From NCBI GenBank assembly GCA_052327205.1, contig CM126205.1:319424001-319488000 (forward strand): a stretch of DNA of 64,000 bases. Reading direction: 5' to 3'. Numbering within the stretch: position 1 is the first letter of the stretch; the number at the start of each line of letters is the position of its first letter. Shown here in pieces: positions 1 through 10,196 of this stretch. This DNA is from Somniosus microcephalus (lineage: Eukaryota). Both the position numbers and the translations under genes were made by a program. The notes under the pieces are model-generated. The model was not told the origin of the DNA, searched no databases, and saw only the letters and a program-made list of their open reading frames with translations.

Positions 1-300
1 ACTCAACGATTCAGCATCCACAGCCCTTTGAGGCAGAGAATTTCAAAGATTCACAACCCTCTGAGTGAAGAAATTCCTCCTCATCTCAGTCTTAAATGGC
101 CGACCCCTTATCCTGAGACTATACCCCCTAGTTCTAGACTCTCCAGCCAGGGGAAACATCATCTCAGCATCTACCCTGTCAATCCCCTTCAGAATCTTAT
201 ATGTTTCAATGAGATCACCTCTCATTCTTCTAAACTCCAGAAGTACAGGCCAAATCTACACAATCTCTCATCATAGGGTAGCTCTCTCATCCCAGGGTAT
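1..300 (-). mobile_element. CR1-type LINE 3' ORF2 fragment
   Basis: Minus-strand translation MRGDLIETYKILKGIDRVDAEMMFPLAGESRTRG...RNFFTQRVVNL, typical of the CR1 ORF2 C-terminus. Confidence 0.85.
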
Positions 301-410
301 TAGCCAAGTTCCCGATTGCTTTCCAGTGACAACCCCAACTCCTGGTTGAAAAGTGCTGGCATCAATGGACGTCAAATGAGGACAGGATAGAGCTGGGCTG
401 TGAAGACACG

Positions 411-940
411 CCACAGCCCCCCTCGCCCCACCCTCGCCCCCCCAGCCCCCCTCGTCACAGCTCCCCTCGCCCCAGCCCCCCTCATCACAGCCCCCTCGCC
501 CCAGCCCCTCTCGTCACAGCCCCCCTCGCCCCAGCCTCCCTCGCCTCAGCCCCCCTCGCCCCAGCCCCCCTCGTCACAGCCCCCCTCGCCCCAGCCTCCC
601 AGTCACAGCCCCCCTCACCCCAGCCCCCCCCAAGCCCCCTCGCCTCAGCCCCCCTCGCCCCAGCCCCCCTCGCCCCATCCCCTTGTCACAGCCCTCCTCG
701 CCTCAGCCCCCCTCATCCCAGCCCCCCTCGACCCCCCTCGCCTCAGCCCCCCTCGCCTCAGCCCCCCTCGCCCCAGCCCCCCTCGCCCCATCCCCTTGTC
801 ACAGCCCCCCTCGCCTCAGCCACCCCTCGCCCCCCTCATCACAGTCCCCTCACCTCAGCCCCCCTCGCCCCCCCTCATCACAGCCCCCCTCGCCTCAGCC
901 CCCCTCGCCCCAGCCCCCCTCGCCCCACCCCCTGGCCCCC
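411..940. repeat. C-rich minisatellite (~15-bp unit CAGCCCCCCTCGCCC and variants)
   Basis: Repetition is directly visible; it explains the Pro/Ser-rich ORFs 400..1164 and 683..1000. Confidence 0.9.
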
Positions 941-1870
941 CCAACCTCCCAGGCCTGTCAAACAGCCATGCCGACACTCACTGCCAGAGCCCAGATGTGA
1001 ATAATGGCCATGTCAGCAAGGGCGCCCAATTACAACCATCACCTGCCAAACCATACACCTGCACCCCCCTTCCCCTCCCCCTGCCAGTGAGGGGTCAACA
1101 CCTTCAGAAGAGGCGAGGAGCAAAGATTGGGGGAGAAAAACTAGTGAGAAGCAGAAAAAAATGACTTCTATTAAAATATAGAAAGATATTGCCAGAATGA
1201 AGCTTTACGTTCCTTAGGAGGAGGTCCATGGCCATCGTACTGAGGGATGTCAATGCTGAAGAATGGAACACTTTCCATTTTGGATATTTGACAACTACGT
1301 CCAGGTCAGCTAGATCACAGCTTAGCTTCAGGTTAAAGTTCACCCTACCTTGGTTCGAAGATGTGCTTTCACCCGAATTCTCAACAGGAACACCCTCCCC
1401 CACAATGTGACATGAGCTTTGCTTGACTTGCCTAGCTGGCTGACAAGCTTTTCCCGAACTGGCCGCAGTTTCTTTCTGCCTCTCGCAGGAGATGGCGTGG
1501 CCAGGGGACGGGTCAGCGGTGCGTCAGGGTACATAGAATTACAAACACAGAAACAGGCCATTCGGCCCAACTGGTCCGTGCCAGTGTTTATGCTCCACAC
1601 GAGCCACGTCAGACCCCTCTATCGGCATAACTGATGCACTTATCTAACTTCCCCTTGAATGCTATTTGCTTCAACCATATCCATGTGGTAGCGAGTTCCA
1701 CATTCCCCACACTCCCCAAGTAAAGAAGTTTCTCCTGAATTCCTTATTGGATTTATTAGTGACTATCCTATATTGATGGCCCCTAAGGTCGCATTGTGTT
1801 CGGACGAGGTTGGCGTCATGGGTCTGGTGGTCTTACCTCCCTCCACTCCCTGTCCTTTTTGTTAAAAATA

Positions 1871-2397
1871 GGGCTGATTTTAACGTTTAGGACGGACGTG
1901 GTGGTAACAGATCGCCTATCCATCACACATGGAGAGGGAAATCAGGTCAGCGCATATTTTAAAAAAATCATTCCTGGGATGTGAGCGTCGCTGGCAAGGC
2001 CAGCATTTATTGCCCATCCCTAATTGCCCTTGAGAAGGTGGTGGTGACAACTGAGTGGCTTTCTGGGCCATTTCAGAGTGCAGTTAAAAGCCAACCACAT
2101 TGCTGTGGTTCCGGAGTCACATATAGGCCAGACCGGGTAAGGACGGCAGATTTCCTTCCCTAAAGGACATTAGTGAACCAGATGGGTTTTTATGAAATTC
2201 GGTAGTTTCATGCTCACCATTACTGATACTAGCTTTTTATTCCAGATTTATTGAATTAACTGGTGGGATTTAGTCCAGGCCTCTAGGATTACTAGTCCAG
2301 TAACAGAACCGCTCTGCTACCGTACCCGTGTATAACGGGAGACTGGACCGCCACCAGCTGTTTTTTTCCGCCACCGACGAAGGTTAAAAATCAGCCC
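1871..2397. mobile_element. PIF/Harbinger-like MITE with an internal SINE insertion
   Basis: Termini GGGCTGATTTTAAC ... GTTAAAAATCAGCCC are inverted repeats; 3-bp flanks ATA/TTA (imperfect TSD). Confidence 0.55.
1958..2325 (-). mobile_element. tRNA-derived SINE, MetaSINE/SlmI-like core with LINE-derived tail
   Basis: Reverse complement contains CATCTGGTTCACTAATGTCCTTTAGGGAAGGAAATCTGCCGTCCTTACC; a second copy lies at ~39150-39615. Family assignment from memory. Confidence 0.6.
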
Positions 2398-2413
2398 TTA
2401 GGTTTGACGTGTT

Positions 2414-2642
2414 TGACATGAATCTTGTCATTCATGTGGAAATGACTTATGAAATAATACTGGGCGGCCTGCTGGTGGCGCTGTCCAGGGAGAGTATAAA
2501 TACTCGGGCATGGGCCCAGCTTGCTCAGAACATTCTTTAACAGGAACTAGTGAAGGACACAACTAGACTTCCATGTTGTAAAACAGTTGATTAAAGCTTT
2601 GTTTAACGCTTAGACCAAGTGCCTAGTAGTTTTCTTATGTCA
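2414..2642 (+). mobile_element. Solo LTR (family distinct from elements 1-3)
   Basis: TG...CA ends, 5-bp TSD GTGTT, TATAAATA box and ATTAAA signal; homologous to 44305-44534 and 53864-54092. Confidence 0.85.
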
Positions 2643-3563
2643 GTGTTTATGCAGAATCTGCCCTCTCATGGGACCGGAGCCCCCACTGTTAAATACAGCA
2701 GCTGACGCAAGGCCCGCAGGTGTATCAACTTCCAGACTCACCACGTCCCGGCTCCGCGATCAACGCTTTGCTTAGTGGCTGCTGTCGGAATCGCCAGCTA
2801 CTCTTCCCGTCGGTGATAGGGCAGCAGGTGCACGGGAAGACCACCACTGCGAAGTTCCCCTCTGAGTCACACTTGGAGATGTATCGACCGTTCCTTCATC
2901 GTCGCTGGGTCAAAATCCTGATACTGTGGGAGCACCTTCACCACACGGACTGCAGCGTTTCAAGAAGGCGGCTCACCACCACCTTCTCAAGGGGCAATTA
3001 GGGATGGGCAATAAATGCCATCCTTGCCTGCGACGCCCACATCCCATGAATGAATATTGTTAAAAATGGAGAATGTAGCTAGGTAAATGGTGGGGGAGGA
3101 GGTGGAGGAAGGAGATTGTGTGTCAGAAGACCAGTTCCCTTCCAGAAACCTCCGCTGACATCAAAAAGCACCTTTAAATCTGCTGAGATGTTCCCAGATC
3201 CCGAAAGGCGTACTTCAAGTATCTCTTCCCTGGAACTTATTGGGTTGCACAGGATTACATGGGATACATGGCACAGAAACAGGCCATTCGGCCCAACCAG
3301 TCCATGCCGGTGTTTACGCTCCACTCGAGCCTCCTCCCATCTTTCCTCATCTAAATCTATCAGTATAACCCTCTATTCCCTTCTCCCTCATATGGTTATC
3401 CAGCCTCCCCTTTAATGCATCTATACTATTCGCTTCAACCACTCTCTGTGGTAGCGAGTTCTACATTCTCACCACTCTCTGGATAAAGAAGTTTCTTCTG
3501 AATTCCCTATTTGAAGTTCTTGGTGACTATCTTATATTGATGGCCTCTAATTATACTCTTCCC

Positions 3564-3798
3564 TATGGTGTATGTAACCGTTCCACCTTTAAGAGAACTA
3601 TTTTAAGAGATGCACTACTTTATCTTGGCTGCTGTATACTGTAATACCGGTGGTGACCACACCGGTATATAAGTGCTGTGTAATGATTTATTGGGCAGTT
3701 CAGCCTGACCTCCGTCTAGTAAAGACCTGTTGAATTTACTCTTGTGGTCTGTGTACAGTGATTCTTATTAACAATAACTAGAACACACAGACTTAACA
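3564..3798 (+). repeat. 5' LTR of element 1
   Basis: Direct repeat of 8586-8820; starts TA (mutated TG) and ends CA; contains TATATAA. Confidence 0.95.
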
Positions 3799-4544
3799 GT
3801 GGCGACGATGACGATCTTACCCTGCGGCAGAGATATATCCAAGGCAGTTTAACGGGCGTCGAGAAGAGGCATCCGCCCTCATCATCCTGCTGAGAAAAGA
3901 CTCGGGTCTGAAGAGCAAGGAAGAATCCTGACACGAAGCCTTCCATCAGCAACAGGCAGTGATCATCCCTTCCATCACGGTGGTGGGTAAGCCGATCAGC
4001 GACGAGCAGCAAGTCGGCCACGTTGGCTGTGAAGTAGGGGAGGGAAAAACGGAGGATATAAGGGCGGAGAACTCGACCACGGCCGGGGAAAAGAGCTGGA
4101 CAGAAGTCGGGGCCAGAGGCGCTGAGACTGGGACAGCGTAAGGCACGGGAGCCGCGGTGAATGCAAACGCAGCCGGTGTAAAAGACCGGGCTGCAAGCGG
4201 GCTGGGAGACGCAACAGCGTCGAGAGAGAGCTCGACCGCGACCGGGGAAAAAGGCCGGGCAGCTACCGAGGCCGCGAGGCGCGGGATAACATTTTTTTTT
4301 TAAATGCGGAGAACTCAGCCGCAGCCGGGGGAAAGGACCGGACTGCAAGAGGGGCTGGGAGGCACGATTTGAGAACCGCTGGGGAGGGCGAACGCAGCAA
4401 TACGGCAATCGCCATTACAGCCAGCGGGGGAGAAAGGCAAACGCGGGAAGCCGCCATTTTCGTAGGCGGGGGAAGAAGACAAGCGCGGGAAATCGCCATT
4501 TTGAAAAAAAAAAATTCTTTTTGTTTCTCAAGAAGATTGCGAGG

Positions 4545-5744
4545 ATGCCTAAGCGTGGTAACATCAATGATTTCAATCCCGATGTTGAAGATTGGGCCAC
4601 GTATGTAGAACGCATAGAGATTTATTGTAAGGCAAATAAAATATCAGATGAAGATAAAGCACTAACCTTACTAAACTCAATGGGTGCGAAGACATACGGG
4701 CTATTGAAGCATCTTCTATCACCAGCTAAACCGGCGAATCAGGCTTTCGCTAATATTGTTGCTGTCCTGAGAAATCATTTGAACCCCACACCGCTGATGT
4801 TAGCGGAACGATTTAAATTTTATGCGAGAACGCAACTGAAAGAGGAAAGCAACGCGGAGTATTTAATTGAACTGCGTAAGCTAGCAAAATACTGTCAGTT
4901 TGGGGAAAGACTGACAGAGGCACTGAGAGACAAATTCGTGTGTGGATTGTCGAAAGAAGGAACACAAAAGCGGCTGCTTGAAGAGAATGATCTTACACTT
5001 GATAAGGCTGTCACTATTGCAGCATCGCACAAAGCCGCAGCGAGAGGCACTGCGGAAATGCAGCTGAAGGCAGCGGTACTCAGCGTAGATCAAATGGCTT
5101 TAGGTACAGCGAAATGTTATCGTTGTGGAAAGACAACACACGATCAGAACCAATGCTGGTTTAAAAATCAGGAATGTAGAAAATGTGGCAAGCTTGGTCA
5201 CATAGCTAAAGTATGCCGGTCAGGAAAGAAGACCAGCAACAAAAAGTCACCGCAGGAAAAGTGCAGAAAGGTACATAAGGTGGCTGAGAAGAGTTCGGAT
5301 GAACAGAATTCGGATTCAGACTCCAACAGCAAGGAACTGGGTAGTCTGAGAATTCACAATGTGAGTAAGGAAGCTGACCTACAAACTATCCGGGTCACAC
5401 TTCAGATAGCAGGAGTCCAAGTGAAGATGGAATTGGACACCGGATCGGCGTTGACGGTCATGAATAAGCAAGATTACAAAAGGTTATTCACACATATTCC
5501 CCTACGGGATACGGAGATAGTATTGCAGACATACACGGGGCAAAGAGTATACCCCATCGGAAAGATAAAAGTCAAGGTGGTACACAAGGGCAAAGAACAC
5601 CAAGGAATGGACTTATATGTACTACCTGAGGGAGGTCCACCACTTCTGGGACGGGAGTGGATCAGGAAAATAAATATGGACTGGCACTCCCTAAAAGCAA
5701 TAACGGTAGATTCCGGAAAAAAAAAAGATGTCAAACCTGAATGA
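4545..5744 (+). CDS. gag: Gag-protease of element 1
   Basis: Starts MPKRGNIND; two CCHC knuckles ([28 protein letters not shown]); aspartic protease LDTGS; ends in TGA at 5742-5744. Confidence 0.95.
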   Translation: [399 protein letters not shown]

Positions 5745-8501
5745 TTGTCCAGAATATTGGATGAGGTTAAAGAGGTGTTCCAACAGGGACTGGGAACGCT
5801 GAGAGGAATTACAGCAAAAATCAAGATTGCAGAACATGCAAACCCAAAATTTTTCAAAGCCAGACCGGTACCTTATGCGATACGACCTGCTGTGGAAGCT
5901 GAGCTGGAAGGGCTAGAACGTTCAGGAGTACTGTCTAAGGTGGACTGGAGTGAGTGGGCCACGCCCATTGTTCCCGTCATGAAGCGTTCATCGAGTAACA
6001 AGCCAGGGGAACCGGGGAAGGTCCGCATCCGTGGAGACTTCAAGATCACGGTTAATCCGGTGCTTCACACGGTGCAATATCCGCTTCCGCGGATTGAGGA
6101 TATCTTTGCTTCATTGTCTGGCGGGAAACACTTCACCAAGATAGACCTGGCGCAAGCGTACTTACAGATGGAAGTTGAGGAAGAGTCGCGCCAGTATCTC
6201 ACAATCAACACGCACAGAGGCTTGTATCGATATAATAGACTGGTTTTTGGAGTGGCTTCGGCTCCAGCAATTTGGCAGAGGGCCATGGAGCAGGTATTAC
6301 AGGGAATTCCAAGCACTCAATGTTACTTGGACGATATCCTGATTACAGGAGATGACGATGAGGAACACCTTGCAAATTTGAAACTGGTGCTCACCAGATT
6401 GAAGGAATATGGACTTCGAGTTAATCGCCAGAAATGTGAGTTCTTTCAGAAACGGATCTCGTACTGTGGTCATGTCATTGACCAGGAGGGGCTGCACAAG
6501 TCACCTGACAAGATCGAAGCTGTTGTGAAGGCTCCCGCTCCGGAAAATGTATCCCAGTTGAGGTCGTTCCTAGGGTTGATTAACTATTACCATAAGTTTC
6601 TGCCAAATCTATCCACGGTGCTGCACCCGCTGAACGCTCTTTTACAGAAAGAAGTACCATGGAAGTGGAGCGAGGACTGTAAGAAGGCCTTTCGCAAAAG
6701 CAAGGCATTGATCACCTCAGAGGAAGTGTTGGCTCACTTCAACCCAACGCTACCTATTCGTTTAGCTTGTGATGCTTCTCCTTATGGTATTGGAGCAGTA
6801 CTCTCACACAAGTTGCCAAATGGCTTGGAAAGGCCAGTCGCATTTGCATCCAGATCATTGACCTCCGCTGAGCGCAACTATGCTCAGATAGATAGAGAGG
6901 CTCTCAGCCTTGTGTGGGGAGTAAAGAAGTTTAATCATTACCTGCAGGGCCAGAAGTTTACACTGCTGACAGACCACCAGCCGTTGGTATCCATTTTTAA
7001 CCCTAAGAAGGGTGTTTCGGTGATGACAGCACAGAGGCTCCAGAGATGGTCCCTTTTCCTAGGGGCACATCAATATCAGATAGAATTCAAAGGTACAAAG
7101 CAGCATGGTAATGCTGATGGGCTGTCACGCCTGCCACTACCTACTGAGGAGGAGGCACCGACGGTTGACCCGGTGGAGTTATTTCACTCGACCATCATCG
7201 AATGTTTACCTGTCACCAATGCAAATATTGAAAGGGAGACTAGGAATGACCTGACACTGTCCCGGGTCTACGAATTGACAGTAAAGGGGTGGCCAGCCCA
7301 TGGTGATCCACTGTTACCGGCATTCTCAGCAAGACGAGAACAGCTGTCCATCTGTCAGGGAACATTGATGTATGGAACAAGGGTGATTATCCCTCCTAAG
7401 TTAAGAGAGAGAGTTCTAAAAGAACTACATGAAGGTCATCTGGGGGGAGTCAAGATGAAAAGCCTTGCTAGGGCTTATGTGTGGTGGCCGGGTATCGACC
7501 AACAGATAGAGGATCTGACGAAAAGCTGCTCAGGGTGCCAAAAAGTCCAAAATGCACCTCCAATTGCACCGCTGCATCCATGGGAATGGCCTTCAACCCC
7601 ATGGCAACGTGTACATATTGACTTTGCTGGTCCATTCATGGATTCCATGTTTTTAATTGCGGTGGACGCACATTCTAAATGGCCAGAAGTGATTAAAATG
7701 ACTACCACTACCTCGGAGAAGACGATCGCGGTGCTAAGAACGATATTTGCAAGAAATGGATTGCCAGAGCAAATATGTTCAGACAACGGACCACAGTTCG
7801 TGTCAGAGGAATTCCAGAAATTCCTGAAGAAGAATGGGGTGAAACATTATACCTCTGCCCCATATCATCCAGCTACGAATGGGCTGGCCGAGAGGTTTGT
7901 ACAGACGTTCAAAAAGGCAATAAAGGCCATGAGCGAAGATCAGATTCCACTGCAACACAAGGTGGACAATTTCCTACTGGCATATCGAAACGCCACCCAT
8001 GCAACAACAAACCAAAGTCCTGCCATGATGTTCTATAACAGGAGGTTGCGGTCCAGGTTGGACTTGTTAAAACCAAATGTGCGGAGGGAAGTCGAAAACA
8101 AACAGTTCCAGCATATCAATAACAAGCCCACTCGGAGTTTTGAAATAGGACAACCGGTGTTAGCCAGGGACTATAAAAACGAGAAATGGCAATCTGGCAC
8201 AATTCGGGCCAGACAAGGACCCCTGATGTACACGGTAGATGTTGGTGAAAATGTAATGCGACGTCATGCTGACCAACTGGTGGGATCGAGAACAAGGGTC
8301 GAGCCCATGGTTACGACTGAGACAACCGTGGAGGAAGTTAGTGAACCTGAAGCATCTACCTCAGAAGTGAATATACCTGATGATGGTGTCCTATCCATAG
8401 GGGATCAACTAGATGAGTCACCCCAGCAACGAGAACCAGAGACCCCTGAAAGGCGTTATCCGTCTCGGATCAGGAGGCCTCCTCAGAGACTGAATCTGTG
8501 A
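5745..8501 (+). CDS. pol: Pol (RT-RNaseH-integrase) of element 1, in frame after the TGA
   Basis: RT YLDD, RNaseH CDAS, integrase HEGH..CSGC with HIDF/SDNG/GLAE; 918 codons open; no ATG at the ORF start. Confidence 0.95.
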   Translation: MSRILDEVKEVFQQGLGTLRGITAKIKIAEHANPKFFKARPVPYAIRPAVEAELEGLERSGVLSKVDWSEWATPIVPVMKRSSSNKPGEPGKVRIRGDFKITVNPVLHTVQYPLPRIEDIFASLSGGKHFTKIDLAQAYLQMEVEEESRQYLTINTHRGLYRYNRLVFGVASAPAIWQRAMEQVLQGIPSTQCYLDDILITGDDDEEHLANLKLVLTRLKEYGLRVNRQKCEFFQKRISYCGHVIDQEGLHKSPDKIEAVVKAPAPENVSQLRSFLGLINYYHKFLPNLSTVLHPLNALLQKEVPWKWSEDCKKAFRKSKALITSEEVLAHFNPTLPIRLACDASPYGIGAVLSHKLPNGLERPVAFASRSLTSAERNYAQIDREALSLVWGVKKFNHYLQGQKFTLLTDHQPLVSIFNPKKGVSVMTAQRLQRWSLFLGAHQYQIEFKGTKQHGNADGLSRLPLPTEEEAPTVDPVELFHSTIIECLPVTNANIERETRNDLTLSRVYELTVKGWPAHGDPLLPAFSARREQLSICQGTLMYGTRVIIPPKLRERVLKELHEGHLGGVKMKSLARAYVWWPGIDQQIEDLTKSCSGCQKVQNAPPIAPLHPWEWPSTPWQRVHIDFAGPFMDSMFLIAVDAHSKWPEVIKMTTTTSEKTIAVLRTIFARNGLPEQICSDNGPQFVSEEFQKFLKKNGVKHYTSAPYHPATNGLAERFVQTFKKAIKAMSEDQIPLQHKVDNFLLAYRNATHATTNQSPAMMFYNRRLRSRLDLLKPNVRREVENKQFQHINNKPTRSFEIGQPVLARDYKNEKWQSGTIRARQGPLMYTVDVGENVMRRHADQLVGSRTRVEPMVTTETTVEEVSEPEASTSEVNIPDDGVLSIGDQLDESPQQREPETPERRYPSRIRRPPQRLNL

Positions 8502-8585
8502 ACTGTTTTTACATGAAGTTGTGTATATATGTTATTATGTTATGTTTAATGGGGAATATATACTGTTAAGCTAAAAAGGGAGGAT

Positions 8586-8820
8586 TGTGGTGTATGTAAC
8601 CGTTCCACCTTTAAGAGAACTATTTTAAGAGTTGCACTACTTTATCTTGGCTGCTGTATACTGTAATACCGGTGGTGACCACACCGGTATATAAGTGCTG
8701 TGTAATGATTTATTGGGCAGTTCAGCCTGACCTCCGTCTAGTAAAGACCTGTTGAATTTACTCTTGTGGTCTGTGTACAGTGATTCTTATTAACAATAAC
8801 TAGAACACACAGACTTAACA
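8586..8820 (+). repeat. 3' LTR of element 1
   Basis: TG...CA, preceded by the PPT and followed by TSD TTCCC. Confidence 0.95.
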
Positions 8821-9060
8821 TTCCCCACAAGTGGAAACATTCTCTCTGTATCCACTCCATCAAAACCTTTCATAATTTTAAAGACCTCTATTAGGTCACC
8901 CCTCAGCCTTCTCTTTTCAAGAGAAAAGAGACCCAGCCTGTTCATCCTTTCCTGATATGTAGACCCTCGCATTTCTGGTATCATCCTTGTAAATCTTCTC
9001 TGCACCCTCTCCAGTGCCTCTATATCCTTTTTGTAATATGGAGACCAGAACTGTACGCAT
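8821..9060 (-). mobile_element. CR1 fragment (continuation of ~3250-3563)
   Basis: Minus-strand QRRFTRMIPEMRGSTYQERMNRLGLFSLEKRRLRGDLIEVFKIMKG. Confidence 0.85.
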
Positions 9061-9554
9061 GTTGTTTCTAAATCACTTCATTGTTCCATCAAAACTAACA
9101 TTTATTTTGGCAGCCCTCGACAGCTAACTGTACAATGTCCACTAACTCCTTTGAAAGTTTCTCGTCCCTGTCTGGTGATATTATGGTGCTTGCTGTTGGC
9201 TGGGCTGGATGGAAACCTGGGAGTCGTGTGTGCTTTAAGTTCATTTGTTTTCAACTGTGTGCAGGACAGCCATTTAACCCACAGGAAACGCCTTCTGTTT
9301 ACTCATTAGTAATTTAAAATAACTATTTAGAATGTATAGCTATCTGGTTTAGTTCCCTGTAATGGGCTGGTTGGATCTAAACCCACTCATAGGATTCCAC
9401 TACGCCTTCAGCTCCTGTGCAAAATTCTCCCTTTTACTTTCATCCCTCCAATATTCTGTTAGCCACCACCCCCACCGTGCCCCCACCTCCCCCCCCCCCG
9501 CCCCCACCACCCCCTCCCCACCTGCTCGCATATCCTAGGGTAAGGTTCCCTGCG

Positions 9555-10195
9555 GTATGTCAATCCAATGCACTCCTGGCTGGCCTCCCACATTCCACCC
9601 TACGTAAACTTGAGGTGATCCAAAACTCGGCTGCCCGTGTCCTAACTCGCACCAAGTCCCGTTCGCCCATCACCCCCTGTGCTCGCTGACCTACATTGGC
9701 TCTCGGTTAAGCAACGACTCGATTTCAAAATTCTCCTCCTGGCTTTCAAATCCCTCCATGTCAGGTTACCACCCAAGGAGGTGAAGGTGACAGATATCTG
9801 ATGCCATCAGCACTTCAATCCTAGGGGTTCTCCTCCTGGCTTTCAAATCCCTCCATGGCCTCGCCCCTCCCTATCTCTGTAATCTCCTTCAGCCCCACAA
9901 CCCCCAGAGATATCTGCGCTCCTCTAATTCTGCCCTCTTGAGCATCCCTGATTATAATCGCTCCACCATTGGCGGCTGTGCCTTCTGTTGCTTAGGCCCT
10001 AAGCTCTGGAATTCCCTGCCTAAACTTCTCCGCCTCTCTACCTCTCTTTCCTCCTTTAAAACGCTCCTTAAAACCTACCTTTTTGACCAAGCTTTTGGTC
10101 ACCTGCCCTAATTTATCCTTATGTGGCTCAGTGTCAAATTTTTTGTCTTAAAATACTCCTGTGCAGCGCTTTGGGACACGTTGTACTATGTTAAA
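9555..10195 (+). mobile_element. L2-type LINE 3' fragment
   Basis: Translates LAGLPHSTLRKLEVIQNSAARVLTRTK; the same tail recurs many times in the window. Confidence 0.8.
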
Positions 10196-10196
10196 G

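Larger units (their letters stand above)
3564..8820 (+). mobile_element. Ty3/Gypsy (Mag-like) LTR retrotransposon, element 1, near intact
   Basis: 235-bp LTRs at 3564-3798 and 8586-8820 (2 differences seen), TSD TTCCC, PBS TGGCGACGA at 3800, PPT AAAAAGGGAGGA before the 3' LTR. It interrupts a CR1 fragment that resumes at 8821. Confidence 0.97.

Noticed and set aside
400-1164. Proline-rich 254-aa ORF
   Set aside because: Translation of a C-rich minisatellite.
5716-5750. A-run slippery site or ATGA stop/start as the route to Pol
   Set aside because: Pol is in the same frame as Gag-PR; a frameshift or the overlapping ATG enters a different frame that is not pol.
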